From: Azolla caroliniana
Lineage: Eukaryota > Plantae > Polypodiophyta
Assembly (NCBI GenBank): GCA_043228905.1
Contig: JBHGNT010000022.1
Location: 9,176,001-9,240,000, forward strand
Length of the DNA: 64,000 nt
Reading direction: 5' to 3'
The notes beneath the pieces were generated by a model that was given only the letters and a program-made list of their open reading frames with translations, ran no database searches and was not told where the DNA came from. The position numbers and the translations under genes are program-made. This document shows positions 24,903 through 39,106 of the stretch, one piece after another; position 1 is the first letter of the stretch, and each line of letters starts with the position of its first letter.

Positions 24903-25762
24903 TAACACTCACATCATGCATCGAAAGGATGATGACACTCACATTATGACTCGAAAGGATTTGAACCCATGACCTTGTTGTACACATGTCAAATCCTTAA
25001 CCATTGTATTAATATTCTTATATGTATAGTCTCTAGAATATTCTAGGTCATTCTAGAATGTAGAGTAATATAGAATATTCCTATGATATTAGATTTCATA
25101 GTGTCATGATAACACTCACATCATGCATCGAAAGGATGATGACACTCACATTATGACTCGAAAGGATTTGAACCCACGACCTTGTTGTACACATGTCAAA
25201 TCCTTAACCATTGTATTAATATTCTTATATGTATAGTCTCTAGAATATGAAATCTAATATCATAGGAATATTCTATATTACTCTACATTCTAGAATGACC
25301 TAGAATATTCTAGAGTGTTCTATACCACTAGAACCTTCTAGAATACTCTAGAGATCTTCTAGATTACTCTACATTCTAGGATAACCTAGAATATTCTAGA
25401 GTGTTCTCTATTACTTATAAATAGGGATCTACCACCCATCCCAAACCAAAATTGGTTCAACGCCATTTTGTAGCCTACTCTTTGTAATCCATTTTACGCT
25501 TCAATACAATAATTCTCTTCAATTATCTCTCTATCTCTTTTTCTCTCTTTCTCTCTCTCAGTCTTGACACTTATGACTTTGGTTTCACCGCGTGTATTGT
25601 TGACTACCAGTCCATATATTATGGATCTTTGTCTTCTATTGCTAAAACTATTATGTTTCTCTTCCTTTGCTGCTTAGATTGTGTAGTGTGTTGATAATGG
25701 TTCCACTAGCATTATCCGCATGTTTTTATACGCTTGTAGTTCCACTAGCGTTATCATTCGGA

Positions 25763-26040
25763 GTTTGATCCCATGTGAATCACCTAAGGAATAGATTAGA
25801 TCAATTTTAAATACAAGTATTGAAAGCCTTAATAGGTTTGTTATTTCCATCACATTATCCTAAAGTTCACTGTCTTACATTGTCCACAATTATATACATA
25901 TGGTTTGATCCCATGCGAACAAACTAAGGAATAGATTAGATCAACTTTAAATATAAGTATTAAATACCTTAATAAGTTTGTTATTCCAATCACATTATCC
26001 TAAAGTTCACTATCCTACATTGTCCACAATTATATACATA
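25763..26040 (+). repeat. 2 x 140-bp tandem repeat
   Basis: GTTTGATCCCATG starts at 25763 and 25903; both units end TATATACATA. Confidence 0.9.
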
Positions 26041-26149
26041 CGAGAATGGGTCAAAGTATAAATTATAACTCTTTTTATTAGTATGGTTACAAGTACACCT
26101 TATATTTTTGTAAAAATTACCAAAATAACATCATTGATTATATTAATTA

Positions 26150-29100
26150 GACAGGACAGCTAGGAGGAGGAGGAGAAGCAGTGGAGCGGCGCACTAGTGT
26201 AGGGCGTTTGCGGCGTAGAAGTCTCGGCGAAGTGGAGCAGGAGGTGCCGAAACGGAGCCGGAGCCGGCGTCGCGCCAACATAGGGAGGTGATTTGCAGAC
26301 GTGGGGCACAGTAGCCTCTCGCTGCTCATTCCTGCAGACGACCCACAGGCGGTGTCGTCACAGCCTCCCCCCCGCCGTTGCTTCACCCTGATCACTGAGT
26401 CCTTCACTTGCACTTAGGGTTTGCATGCCCCCTCAGCAGTTCGAGGAGTGGGACAGACACTCCCCCCCTCCCCCAAGTTCAGTTCGAGGAGTGGGGCAAA
26501 CCCCTCTCCCCAACAGTTCGACAAGTGAGAACACAGTTCGAGTAGTTGGGCCCCCACTCCTGTAACCCGCCCCCCCCCCCCCCCAAAAAAAAATAAGAAA
26601 AGAAAAGAAAAGAAAAGAATAAAAGAGACGCATTTCGACTCCGTCACTCATGGCACCTTCGAACATCGCCATGGTCAAACACATAGCACAAACATGCCCC
26701 TCGATCGATAACGGAAAAATGCAAGATAAAAACATCTCTGATAGCGAGGGTCCTGTTGAGATTATTTTCAATAACGAAGAGATGCTTCTACTTGAGCAAG
26801 AGATAGAGCGCCTTGAGCGAATAGCGGTCATATGCCGCGTGATGGGATCACGAACAAACAGAGGGTTGTTGCGAGATTTGTTGCAAGCTAAATTTCATTC
26901 ACAACTAAGTGGTATAAAAGAAGTCCAACCACTTGGTAAAGGCTTCTATCAAATCATACTAGAAGACAAGGATTCTGCAACGAACCTCATAGCACTATCT
27001 CCTTGCAAAGTCCAAAACACATGGTTGTTCATGCGTAAATGGACACATGGTTTTAACCCAGAGAAAGCCGCGCAACATGATGATTCCATGAAAAAGGTAA
27101 CAATGTTGTTTCCTGGATTATCCTTAGAATACAACATGTTACTTCCTACTATTGGCAGCTCCTTTGTTATGATGTTGGATGAGGAACTAACGCTAGCGGA
27201 CAGGCTAAAGAAGCACCTAAGCCCTCCCTCTATCCACCTCTTGGTGCAGGACATCAATAAACTTCCCTCCAAGATCCTCATTCCCGGGAAAAATGGAATG
27301 CGGATTGAACAACGCATAGAAGTGATTGGCGCACCGGGGCAATGTTTTGCATGCAAAAAACTTGGTCATATAAAAAGAACTGCCCCACAAGACGTATAAA
27401 AGATCCTACAAAGGAGACTCTGGAAGGTGAGGACACCATAAGACATCAAAAGCCTCCCCCACCACAACCCGACAAGGCTGTGATGGAATGGCGAGTGGTG
27501 GAAAAAACCCATGTCCTTCGAAAAACTTCACCGGCACAAAATCCTCCATCGCCTATGAGCCCCAATCGATTTGATCTACTACAAGAGCTCCCCCCCATGA
27601 ACGAGCATTCCCCTAGTTCTTTCTTAAGACCCAAGGAATGGCCTAAGGTAACACCAAGCACACAAGAGAAAGTTCTCGTTAAATCTTACAAAACAGGGAA
27701 GCGAAGAAGAATAAGTCATGTTAAGACCTTAATAAGGAGCTTGAGTGAAACGGCACCCAATGTAGAAGCAACAAACCAAGGCAGAAGTTTGAATGTCATG
27801 CCTCAGATCATAGTCCTCCCGGACACAAATGAGTGTGCTTCCTCTAGCCAAGACCTTGAACCACACCCGCAAAACGCCTTGAAATGGTTAGGTATAGGGC
27901 TCAAGACAGTGGAAAAAATAAGGGTACATGTTTCAACGGTACACAATAACGGAGTTTTGATACCTCAATCTCCTTTCCACTCTTGCTTCCGACACAGGAA
28001 GATTGGTCGAAATCCAAGATTAAAGATACGTTATGTAGCCAAGCAGCATGCTTTGTAGCAAAAATAAGAGATGAAGAGCTCATGAATGAACTAAAGTAGC
28101 ATTGGCATAACACTGAATTCTGGTGCACCATGGATGAAGAGGAACCTCATCTTTGCCACATCCACCTATGGACTATCATAGACGCCCAACTAACTCCAAG
28201 CTTTTTCTATTTCTATGAGAAACATGAAGGGCCGATTGAAGCTCACATGATAACTCACAAACTCCACTCATGGATGTGGACCACTATTCCATCCCTGGAA
28301 ATGACTGGATGTCTAAATGGTGAGTGCTCCCCACTCACGACCTGTTGTGCAAAGCACCAGGAACAACAGGCAATCTCCCACCCCACTCCATGAGTATGAA
28401 GATTATAACATGGAACGTGCAAGGGCTTAGAAGTAGTCTAGACCAGCAAAACAGATGGAAACTGAGAAGGGATCTTGAAGAATATTTATTAGGGAGTGGT
28501 GCTGACATCATCATGTTGCAAGAACACCACCTCGTTAGCACGTAGTTAAAGGAAGTCGGAGACCTTCTACCAGGATCATGGTGAATGATTTGGGAGCCAA
28601 CAATTGGGGAGGAGGGAAATCATGGTGGTATTTGCACTTTGATTCGGGAACATCTAGCCCAAGGCTTAATACACCAGGAATCACTTATACCTGGTAGGGC
28701 ACATTTTTGCACGTTGGCCATCCAAGGGCAACGATGGAACTTCATGAATGTTTATGCTCCAAATAGTAGAACAGAAAGGGCAACATTCTGGGACTGCATC
28801 CACCTACAAGTAGCGGGTGTAGAAGAGTGGTGCATTGGAGGGGATTTTAAAATGATCGAATCCATTCACGATAGCTCCAACAACAACCCCATTGTTCTAC
28901 AAGGAAGGGAACATAAACAATGGGAGAAGCTATGTGACCACCTTAACCTGCGAGACATCTAGCATTCTGACAACTTCCAACGAAAAAGGGATTCTCTCCT
29001 ATTCTCCCAATCAAACGGACGGAATAGTGGACCCACCCTATCTCGCATTGACCACATTTATGTGGGGGAGGCTCTAGAAGCGAAAGGAGGGTGGTGTCGT

Positions 29101-31986
29101 ATAACGCCAAGCACAACTTTCTCTGACCATTGCTCGGTAGCTGGTCATTTTCAATTGCATCAAAAATGGGGCCCATTCCAGACGCGCATCCCACACACTA
29201 TTTACACACTTATAGACGTGAAGGACCAACTATCCAACCAATGGTCATTACCTGTCAATGACTCATCAACATCTGACAAACTTCTAGCTAAATTAACAAG
29301 AGCTTCTATTCTCCTAGATGAGATTGTCAAGACCAGAAGCAAGGTTGCTCAGGAGAAGCAATAGAAGACAAAATAGGGACTAACAGCCATACAACGACTC
29401 CAACAGAGATACTCGTCCTATATTTGGATCGCAGGACAAGTCGCCACGGCCAAACATGAACTTAGCATGGCGGAAAAGAAAATATATGACATGGAGTTTC
29501 ATGGAAGCATGGCGCGATGGATTCGAGTAGGGGACAAAACCACGAAGGAATTCTTTCGCTCCAAAGGCCCAAGGCACACTAGAACTGTGATGCGCAGCCT
29601 CAACCAAGAGGATGGAACAACCACTGAGGATGGCGACGAAATGAGGTATATTGCCACAAGTTATTATCGTTGCCTACTTACCGAAGACATTATAGCTACA
29701 GGGGAAGACATAAGAGAAGATATTATCCTGGACAAAGCATACCCGAGAAAGTTACGCTGGAAATGAATACATGGCTCGTGCGTCCCCTATCAATCATCGA
29801 GATATGGGAGGCCCTCATTGATTTAGATGTTGATAGTTGCTCTGGAATTGACGGCCTCACCCCACACTTTTTCACATGCCTTTGGGACACTATTAAAGAA
29901 GACCTCCTCCAGGCATATGAGGATATCATCACCTCTAGAAGCATGCCGGAGGAATTTGGACAGGGGATGATACATCTCATTCCTAAAAGTGGTGGGAATG
30001 CCAACGACATTCGCAAATGGCAGCCCATAACTCTTCTCAATATTGTCTATAAGTTGCTCGCAAAAATCGTGGCACGCCGTTTAACACCACTTCTCCCTCA
30101 ACTCATTCATCCATCCTAGACATGTTTCGTTAGAAATCGGAGCATCCTAGACAACCTCTTCTCATTTTGGGAAGCAGTAGCCCTTGTCAAGCGAACCAAC
30201 AACAAGGTCGCGGTGGTGCTACTAGATTTTGAGAAAGCATATGACAGGCTATGCTGGAACTTTCTAGAAAGTGTGATGGGGAAACTCGGCTTTCAAGAGA
30301 CATGGATCAAAGGCATTGCAAGACTTTATAGGAATGGCAGCAGTTGCGTTTCACTGGTAGGTGAAAGGGGCCCCTTTTTCCGAATATCCCGATCTGTACG
30401 GCAAGGATGCCCACTAGCTCCATCCTTATTTCTATTATACACCGAAGCACTCTCTTGCTTTCTCAAATCGCGACATCTCAACCTACATGGTCTTCCTATA
30501 CCTCATTCTCACCAAAGCATCTTGGATATAGAATTTGCAGATGACACAGCAGTCTACCTACAAGGGGACTTGGAAAACCTCCAAAAGCTAGAAAGTGGGC
30601 TAGCTGTATTTTGCAAGAGATCCAACGCCATGATCAATTGGCACAAATCCTGCGCAATATGGCTCTCTCTGGAAACACATCTGGCGTGGCACCCACATCC
30701 CGCTTTCAAATGGATCAATCAAGGAGCGAGCACCAAATATTTGGGTTTCCAAATTGGTTTCAACATACCACTAGAGACTATGATTGCACCCGTTATCCAT
30801 TCCATTCGACAAAAGTTGATACATTGGAGCTCGAAAAAACTGCCGCTAATGGGTCGCATCATAGTGGCAAATCAGGCACTACTTGCAACAACATGGTACA
30901 GTCTATCATGTTGGACAATCTCCAAGGAAAGTATACATCAAATTCAACGAATGGTCCGCAACTACATTTGGTTTAGTAAGGAAGACCATGTAGCTCGCGC
31001 CAAGGTGGCGTGGCCTATACTCACAGCGCCTAAGTCGAGAGGGGGATTGGGTCTTATCGATCCCCTTTCATAATCGAAAGCCTTACTTGCCAAATTTGTG
31101 GTGCGAGGACTCTAACCAGGAAATGGCTGTTGGAAAATGCTACTGAGTTTATGTTTCGCTTACTTTAGGCCACGAAAAGGGGTCAATTGAGCCTCCCAAA
31201 TGGGATAATGGATCTCAAACCTAGTTTCTCCCACCAATTGGAGGATAGATTCAGTGCATCCATGTGGAAGGCATGGTGTGACATTTGTCGAGGGCTCAAG
31301 TGTGATCAACCGAGATCCGAACCTGCCTGGCTAAATCAACGTATCCTATGGAACTCATGTATAAAGGATGAATCTAATCAACTACTGGGATCACGCAAGG
31401 GGTTGTCACGGGGATACATTGCAGAAGGTCCAGGAAAAAGTATAGAATGTTGGCGACGGTTTATGTCACTGCCACTACAAGATCAGGCGAACATACTCCA
31501 TGGAATCAAGGGCGGATGGACTATGAGATCGGAAATCATAACGCTCTACTGATTAGGGAATCTGCTACTCAAAGGACGACAATGGAGAAATGGATAGCCA
31601 CTCGGAGGAGGGATCTCTGTTCCCGAGAGGTAGGGGACCACCAGACAGACTTGAAGGCTCTAAATTGCGAGACACGGAGACACCAACATAGAATAACACA
31701 ATTCGAGTACTCGCGTATACTGGTCATAAATGGACTGTAGATCTTGATCTAATCAAAGTACAACCCGATTGGCACATATGTATTCATGAAAACACATGGC
31801 TACGTAAGGTCAGTTGGGACCCTTTGCAATGGACATGGCGTGATCCCTATGCAGGGCAAGGAAGCAAATCCATCCCTTTCTTCCAATTCACAACTAGATT
31901 GGGTCGCCACATTCTAGCCGCTCAAAACGCCCGAGAGCCGGCTGTTGCAAAGGTCTAGCACACATTTCAAGTTATAAAAAAAAAAA
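26150..31986 (+). mobile_element. L1-clade LINE, decayed
   Basis: GC-rich 5' UTR. ORF1 from 26650 (GKGFY, WTHGF, CFACKKLGH knuckle). ORF2 has APE endonuclease (MKIITWNVQGL, MLQEHH, NVYAPN, GGDF, SDH) and RT (LDFEKAYD, VRQGCPLAP, FADD, KYLG, GGLGL). A11 run at 31976-31986. Confidence 0.92.
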
Positions 31987-32568
31987 CTTACCAAAATAAT
32001 ATAATTCTTTAATTGAGTGTTTGCCATGTCGCACATTAGTGACATATTGAGCCATTGTTGAACTTTATTATGTCTACATTAACTTATCAACACATCCAAA
32101 CTTATTTGAATTTCTAATGTTCTCCACTCAGAGACCTATCATGTATTTTTATATTTGCAAATTCTAATCAAGTTTTGGAACATGTGATACTAGTGCATCC
32201 AATTTTTGTAGAGAGGGTATATTTGGATATTTTCAAGAAGATTCTACAAGTGGAATGCGCGATTCTTCCACTTGTGAACGGGAACGCGATAGAACCAGAT
32301 GAGTCAAGGATCGTCGGATTAGAGGGGTCGAGTGCACTTTGAGCACACTATACTGTATGTTTATGTAACTATTGATCTTCTGGATAACGGACCATGTCCT
32401 CCTACCTAACGCTCGGCACATATTCTTTTACAACAACAATATTTTCTTTCGAACAAAAACTGACTTCACAGGTGACAAGTCAGATATTTTGCATCTGGTC
32501 TATGGTTGTGAAGAACTCCTTGAATTTGCTAGAGAACCACATGGAGGTGACATAACTAGTGAAGAGGG

Positions 32569-35500
32569 TGTTGGCATAAAAGGCAAAATCCTTCAAAACT
32601 GTATCCTTAAGTGTGAACACGTTCTCAAATTAGGGATTGAGTTTACATAAGCCCAAATATAACATTGTATAGATAGTTTCAGAAGAGAATAACCAGTTTC
32701 CATTAGAGCTTCATCTAAGTTCTCTTGCTTCTTACTTTCCTTCATATTGTGCACATTCTACTTCTTTGTCTTGTACACGTTGTTTGCTTGACATCACTTT
32801 GCAAGTCCTCACATATTCTTCCGTATATCATATTCAACATTTGGTATCAAAGTGTCCTTGTTGTCCGGTAGCAACGAACAACATAAAGCTGTAAAAAAAG
32901 TAAGAACTAGCCGAAAGAAAAGATCAGGCCAACAAAACCTTACTTCCAGAAGATGGCTTCTACATCTGACACAAGCGTGGAAATCGGGAAATTCGACGGA
33001 AAGAACTTTGCCCTATGGAAGGAGATGATGTAGGATGTTCTCATCATCCGGTGACAAATCGAAGCAATACGGCGTAACTCCAAGCCAACTTCGATGTCAA
33101 CTGAAGAGTGGCGATCTATGGATGAGATAGCAAGGTCGACCATTCGAATGCAATTGGCCGAAAATGTCTATTTTTGCATGGCAAAGGAGACATTGACATT
33201 CTCTTTGTGGGAGAAACTTCAAGCCGTTTATGAGAGGAAGTCCTCCTCGTCGAAGCTCATATTGATCCGACAGTTGTTAAATATGAAGATGAGAGAGACA
33301 GATCCGGCGACCTCCCACATCAACATCTTCAGCCCGGTGTTGTTTGAGCTCTCCTCCCAAGGGATTAACTTCGAAGAAGAAGTTAAATCCCTTGCCCTTC
33401 TTTTGAGCTTGCTGACAAGTTGAGAAGTATTCTGCATGACATTGACCAACAACCGTCCAAAATTGAATCTAGACGAAATGATTGGACAAGTCCTCACTGA
33501 GGACATTCGACGAAAATCGATGGGTCTCACCATCAACGATTCAGCAAAAGCTCATCACTCGACTGAGTCAACCGAGAGAGCCGACTGAAGTCCTAATTGG
33601 CTGAGAAGGAGGGATATTCAACAATGGTCGAAGTCGAGGAATAATTGATCAAGTGTTTTCTGCACCCATTGCAGAAAAATTGGTCACAATGTTTCCAACA
33701 ACTGGTCAATAAAAAAAAGTAGAATGGTCGGTGATTAAATCAAACACAAGGACACTCTACTTCGAACCGTTCTACTACCGACAACCAAGTAAATGTTGTC
33801 GTCTGCCGATTGAGAGAAATCCTTTCTTTGGAGGACTCTACAATTGGAGAAGTTCTATATAGTGCGCATCATGCACGAACGTGGTTGCTGGACTCTGGCA
33901 CCATCTTTCAAATGGCCCCTGATATGAAATGGTTTTTGAACTATTTGGCCGGAGCTAGCAGCACAGTCCGACACGGCAATGGGCAGGAATGCGTAATAGC
34001 AGGGATCAGCGAGATCCCCATTCAATTGCCAAATGACAATTCAATCATCATGCACCAAGTCTAGCACGTACCTGAGGTAAAAAGGAGTCTAGTCTCCATC
34101 GGCATGCTAGCTGAAGCCGGGTATTGGACGACTCTAAGTGAGTCTTCATGGACGATTAGTCGAGGAAATATGAAAATCAACTGCGGATACAAGTACAACA
34201 ACTTGTACTCGTTGATGATGATCAGTCCAGAAAGGGTCATGAATGTGGCCGATTCGTCTGAATTGAACTTATGGCATGGCCGACTCGACCATATGTCCCA
34301 AGCCGGACTCGACCGACTAATGATGATCGGTTACATCCCGAAGCTCCAAACAAAGGCAGACTTTTGCAAGCATTGTTGTAACGAGAAACAGACCTAAAGT
34401 CCGCACTCTCTTCATTATGAGACGATACAACAACCCCTAGAATTAGTCCACACCGACATATGTGGGCCGATGCCCGAGACATCTCTAGGTGGCTCTACTC
34501 TCGGTACTTCATCACGTTCATAGATAACTATAACGAAAAGTGTTTGGATACTCAATTAAGTCCAAGGATGAAGCGTTTCAAGTCTTCTCTCGGTGGCTAA
34601 CCAACGTGGAGAACCAATCAAGACACTGAGTGAAGACGCTCAGGTCTGACAACTAAGGTGAATACACCTCCCTAGCCTTCAAACAATACCTATCCCCCAA
34701 AAAAATCCGGCATCAAAGAACCATTCCATACTCTCCCATGGGATAAAAGGACCAAGATGGCACCCCATGCACTTAATTGTATATTTCTCGACTACGACAT
34801 AGATGGGGACTTTGGCTGTCGGCAATGGGATCCGAAGAACCGGAAATTGATCTAGACTAGCGACATAGTTTTTAATGAAGACTCAATACTCTCCGATCAG
34901 ACCCAACCAACGAAATTTTGTAAAAAGGTCTCATTTGACCTTGATAGATTGGTCATAGAAGGGTCGAACGACCAGGCCGAATCGGCAATTCGACAAATAG
35001 TTGAAATCGACCGAGCTTGCAAATTCCCTACTGAATCCGAATCGGCAAGAGGTCCACTAGTTGAATTTGATTCGACTAAAGGATTGATAAAAGCCGAATT
35101 GATTAGAGTCAAAAAAGGCAAAACCAAGAAAGTGTCGAGTTGAAAACGATAGAGTCGATTCAACCGACACACCCAATAAGGCTAAAGGGACGAAAAGCCG
35201 AATTAGTTTGGCCAAGTACTCTACCCCTCTGTCAATCGATCCCGAAGAAGGGGAGGATGATTCGACGTCACCAAAATCCTATTGTAGGGGCGAGTCATTC
35301 CAAAGAATTCCTGAAGATGGTTCAAGTAATATCAGCCAACTGATAGTGCAGATCGAAGGATCCGAACCGACAACTTTGGCACCCAGGAAATCTGGACGAG
35401 TCAGAAGGCCCACAGAGTTCTATCAACTGGGCCTTGACTACGTCAACTGCACGGATGTAGGTGAACCAAGCTCCTATGAGGAAGCAATCGTCGCACTAGA

Positions 35501-37524
35501 CATTGACACATGGCTACAAGCCATGAGATCCAAGATGGACTCGATCAAGGAAAATAAGACATGGGAGTTGGTCGAATTACCAGCTGGAAGAAAGCCATTA
35601 CCCTGCAAAGGTCAAGATTCAATACAAATATGTATCCGATTCGGAGAAACCCAAATTTAAAGCTCGACTCATCGCCAAAGTTTTAAATAGGAACGTGGGG
35701 TCGTCTGTGATGAGATCTTCTCGCCGGTAGTCAAGATGACCACCCTTTGGCTCCTACTCGGGGTCGTGGTGATCGAAGACCTAGAGCTTAAACAACTTGA
35801 TTTCAAGACGACCTTCCTACACAGAGAGCGAGATGAAGACATTTACATGTCTCAACCGGCAAGCTTCACGACGACAGGGGAGCAAAGTCACTTTGTTTGC
35901 AAGCTGAAGAAGAGCCTATATGGCCTCAAGCAAGCACCGAGAATGTGGTATCAGAAGTTTGATACTATATTTGGCTGCTCGACTACGACCGGTCGGACTT
36001 CGACCCATGCATGTACATTCAGCAATGGGCCGACGTGTTCCGGATCTACCTGATCCTATAGTCGACGATATGCTGATTGCAGGGAGCAATCAAGTAAAAA
36101 TCAGAAGATTAAAGTGGATCCTTCATAATAAATTTTCAATGAAGGAACTCAAACAAGCCTAACATATCTTGGGCATGAGGATCAAGCTAAATCGGATGAC
36201 AAAGACTCTCTGGGTCTCCCAGTCCGATTATATACGAACGGTGCTTAGAAGGTGTAACATGGAGAATGCTAAGCCGACACCAACTCCCCTCCCGACATCG
36301 ACATGGCTAACAGACAAGGACTCTCCTTTGACTAACGAGGAGAGAAAGCTCAATGGAAAGATACCCTACACATCCACCATAGGAAGTATCATGTATGCAA
36401 TGGTGGCAACCCGACCTGACCTTGCATATGTCGTAGGGGTTGTCAGCTAGTACATGTCGAACCTAGGATGGAAGCATTGGGAGGCTATCAAGCACATCAT
36501 CAGGTATTTGCGAGGAACCGAAGGTGTACAACTAACTTTCAGATCGGCCAATCCGCCTGAAGTCGAGGCTATACAGACTCTGACTATGCCGACAATCCAG
36601 ACAATCAGAAGTTGACATCATGCTATATACTCACCTATGGTTGCGACACCAAACCATGGAGGTCGAAATTGCAAGAGTGCACAACCTTGTCAACCATAGA
36701 GGTTGAGTACATTGCCATATCGAAAGCAACAAAGGAAGTAATATGGCTACACTGACTCTCGGCTGACATGTCGTCAAAGAGCAAAAACGATCATCCAGTG
36801 CTGACCATCTATTGCGATTCACAGAGGAGAATGACTACAAGGAGAATGACTAGAGAGAAGAAGATCGAGGGGCAAGCGGAGCCGAGGACTGATTGAGGAT
36901 CCAATGGGGAGCACAAGAGCAAGTCCTAGCAAGAAGCATACGATCGACCAGAGGCTGAGAGTCGAAATTGGACACATGCTTATCTGAACAAATTAGCCAA
37001 TTCGGACACAAGTTTATCTGAACCAATCGACCTGGCTGACTCAAACAAGCCGACCCCCGAACGACATACAATCCTGATGACTAATTGAGTCAGGCTTTAT
37101 TCCAACTTTACCGCCATAGATTCCGTCGAATGTCGACTACCTTGTATGTATACAACTATAACTATAGATTAAAACTGTAATCTAGGTTCATGGGGGAGAT
37201 AACCCCAACTATCTATATACATAGGAAGAGTAGCCCTTTTATGGGGGAGTTTGTTGACATAAAAGGCCAACTCCTTCCAAATTGTATCTGTAAGTGTGAA
37301 CACGTTCTCAAGTTAGGGCTTGCGTATATATAAGCCCAAATATAACATTGTATAGATATTTATAGAAGAGAATAACAAGTTTCCATTAGAGCTTCATCTA
37401 AGTTCTCTTGCTTCTTACTTTCCTTCATATTGTGCACATTCTACTTCTCTGTCTTGTACACACGTTGTTTGCTTGACATCACTTTGTAGGTCCTCACATA
37501 TTCTTCCGCATATCATATTCAATA
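32569..37524 (+). mobile_element. Ty1/Copia element, heavily degenerate
   Basis: LTRs 32569-32839 and 37252-37524, TSD GAGGG on both sides, PBS TGGTATCAAAG. Remnants of gag, PR (WLLDSG), GAG-pre-integrase (LWHGRL), IN and RT (LYGLKQAPR). Confidence 0.93.
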
Positions 37525-39106
37525 GAGGGAAGGTGGTGATCCACTAAAATTAACATAGGCGGATGTGCACTAGATGTCGATCATAGTTTCAAAATCTCGT
37601 TCCATTTGTAGGCTGAAGGGAGGATGCCATGTTGGTCCTTTATTTAAGTCGAATGCTAACCCCCATGATGGACGATTATGTTGGCAAAACTCATGTGCAT
37701 CGAACGAGGGTGATGGGGGTATAAACAGACAGAGGTGACTATGGAGGTGGGGAGGGCACGAAGTGAAGCGAATGTGAATGAAGGTGGGGATGGTGTGGCC
37801 TTGGGTTGGTTGTGGTGATTTGGTGGGTGTGTGCTCTGTGCGTTTTGTTCTTTTTTCTTTGTTGTGCATTTTTCTATTGTAGGTGGAAAAATAGTTGACT
37901 GATCGTGTGTGCAAGCAAGCCTATTTTTCCTTTGTCCACTTGTGCAAGCAAGCAAAAATCAAGGGGGTGGGTTCCAAAAAGGCAATGAATTAGCCATATG
38001 CCCACAAACTAGGTAGTTCAACATGATTTTCCAGTGGATATATATTGGATAAGTATAGCTATCCTCCCTTTGATGTGGCAAACCATACTAAACAGTCCCT
38101 GTGGGTAAGCAACAAGTTGCAATGCACCATTTGTAATGTAATACTTCCTTTTCCACCATATTAAGTTAAGCCGATAAGGAAAAAAAACTACAAGACAATC
38201 AATCGCATTTTCCATTAGGCTTTCATCAAACCCATGCTTATTTTCCTGAACTTTCGACAAAACAAATTAGCAAGACTACCTCAAGCTTTGCCTATTTATT
38301 CCAGCATGCAAGTAAGAAAAACCCAAGAAGAGTAAGAAAACCCTAGAATGCCACCCTCCGGTAGTGCTAATGTCACAAATAAGATACCTACAATATGCAA
38401 TATTAGCCAAGAACCCACAAGCAGCGAAAAATCATATGTTTAGATAACAATTGTCCTTAGATTTTGTGTTAAACTATAGCCACTCATCCAGAGTAAGAAT
38501 CTACTTGCTCAGTAGTTGGTCTTAAAATGGGACAAATAGAGACCTTTTTAAAGCTGTGGCTCAAAGAAGTTTCAGGTTGCACATGATTTAGTTTTATAAC
38601 TTGAAACCTCACTGTTAAGCAGTGTGTGAATCACAAACAGAGGGGGATCTTAGATCTTATCTGACCAATTAAACTACCTAAACCACTAGAGGTGCTAGTA
38701 GCAATTGTTAACAAACGTATCATTGCCCTCTTTGATCATTTTTTTTTTTGTAGTATCATGTGGAAATACAATCACCTGTGATCATCTTACTGTGGCATTC
38801 ATTGAAGAACAGCTTAAACTTCAACATGTGAAGTACTTCCATAATGAAGTGAGCACCATAAGTATTCTGAAGTTTTAAACAACAAATGAAATCAGTTCTT
38901 AAAATTTTGAAACAATGGGAAAAACCAACTCCCGAAATATCTAAGATTACAAGCCAAAACTGGCCTTATAAAAAAAGCATATCATAATTTGCAGTTTAGC
39001 AAACCATCAATTAATGGAACTAATGATAAGTCAAATATAACTAATGATAAGTCAAAGATCCTATCTACACATCATCCTATAAAGCCATTCACCACCAGAT
39101 TCACCA

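Larger units (their letters stand above)
19582..25569 (+). mobile_element. Ty3/Gypsy chromovirus (Tcn1-like), full length, decayed
   Basis: LTRs 19582-20052 and 25102-25569 (TG...CA), flanks CTTAG/CTTAT. Gag with CLYCGGPGHIAINC, PR ALLDSGA, RT YLDD, RNase H, IN with GPY motif, and C-terminal chromodomain (FEVAAVLD...YLVDWLGY...TWEP). PPT at 24881-24894. Confidence 0.96.

Noticed and set aside
25570-32568. right terminal inverted repeat of the putative DNA transposon
   Set aside because: The left end lies outside the window, so no TIR pair or TSD can be verified.
32233-32650. short ORFs flanking the Copia LTR
   Set aside because: They have no recognisable motifs, and one runs into the LTR.
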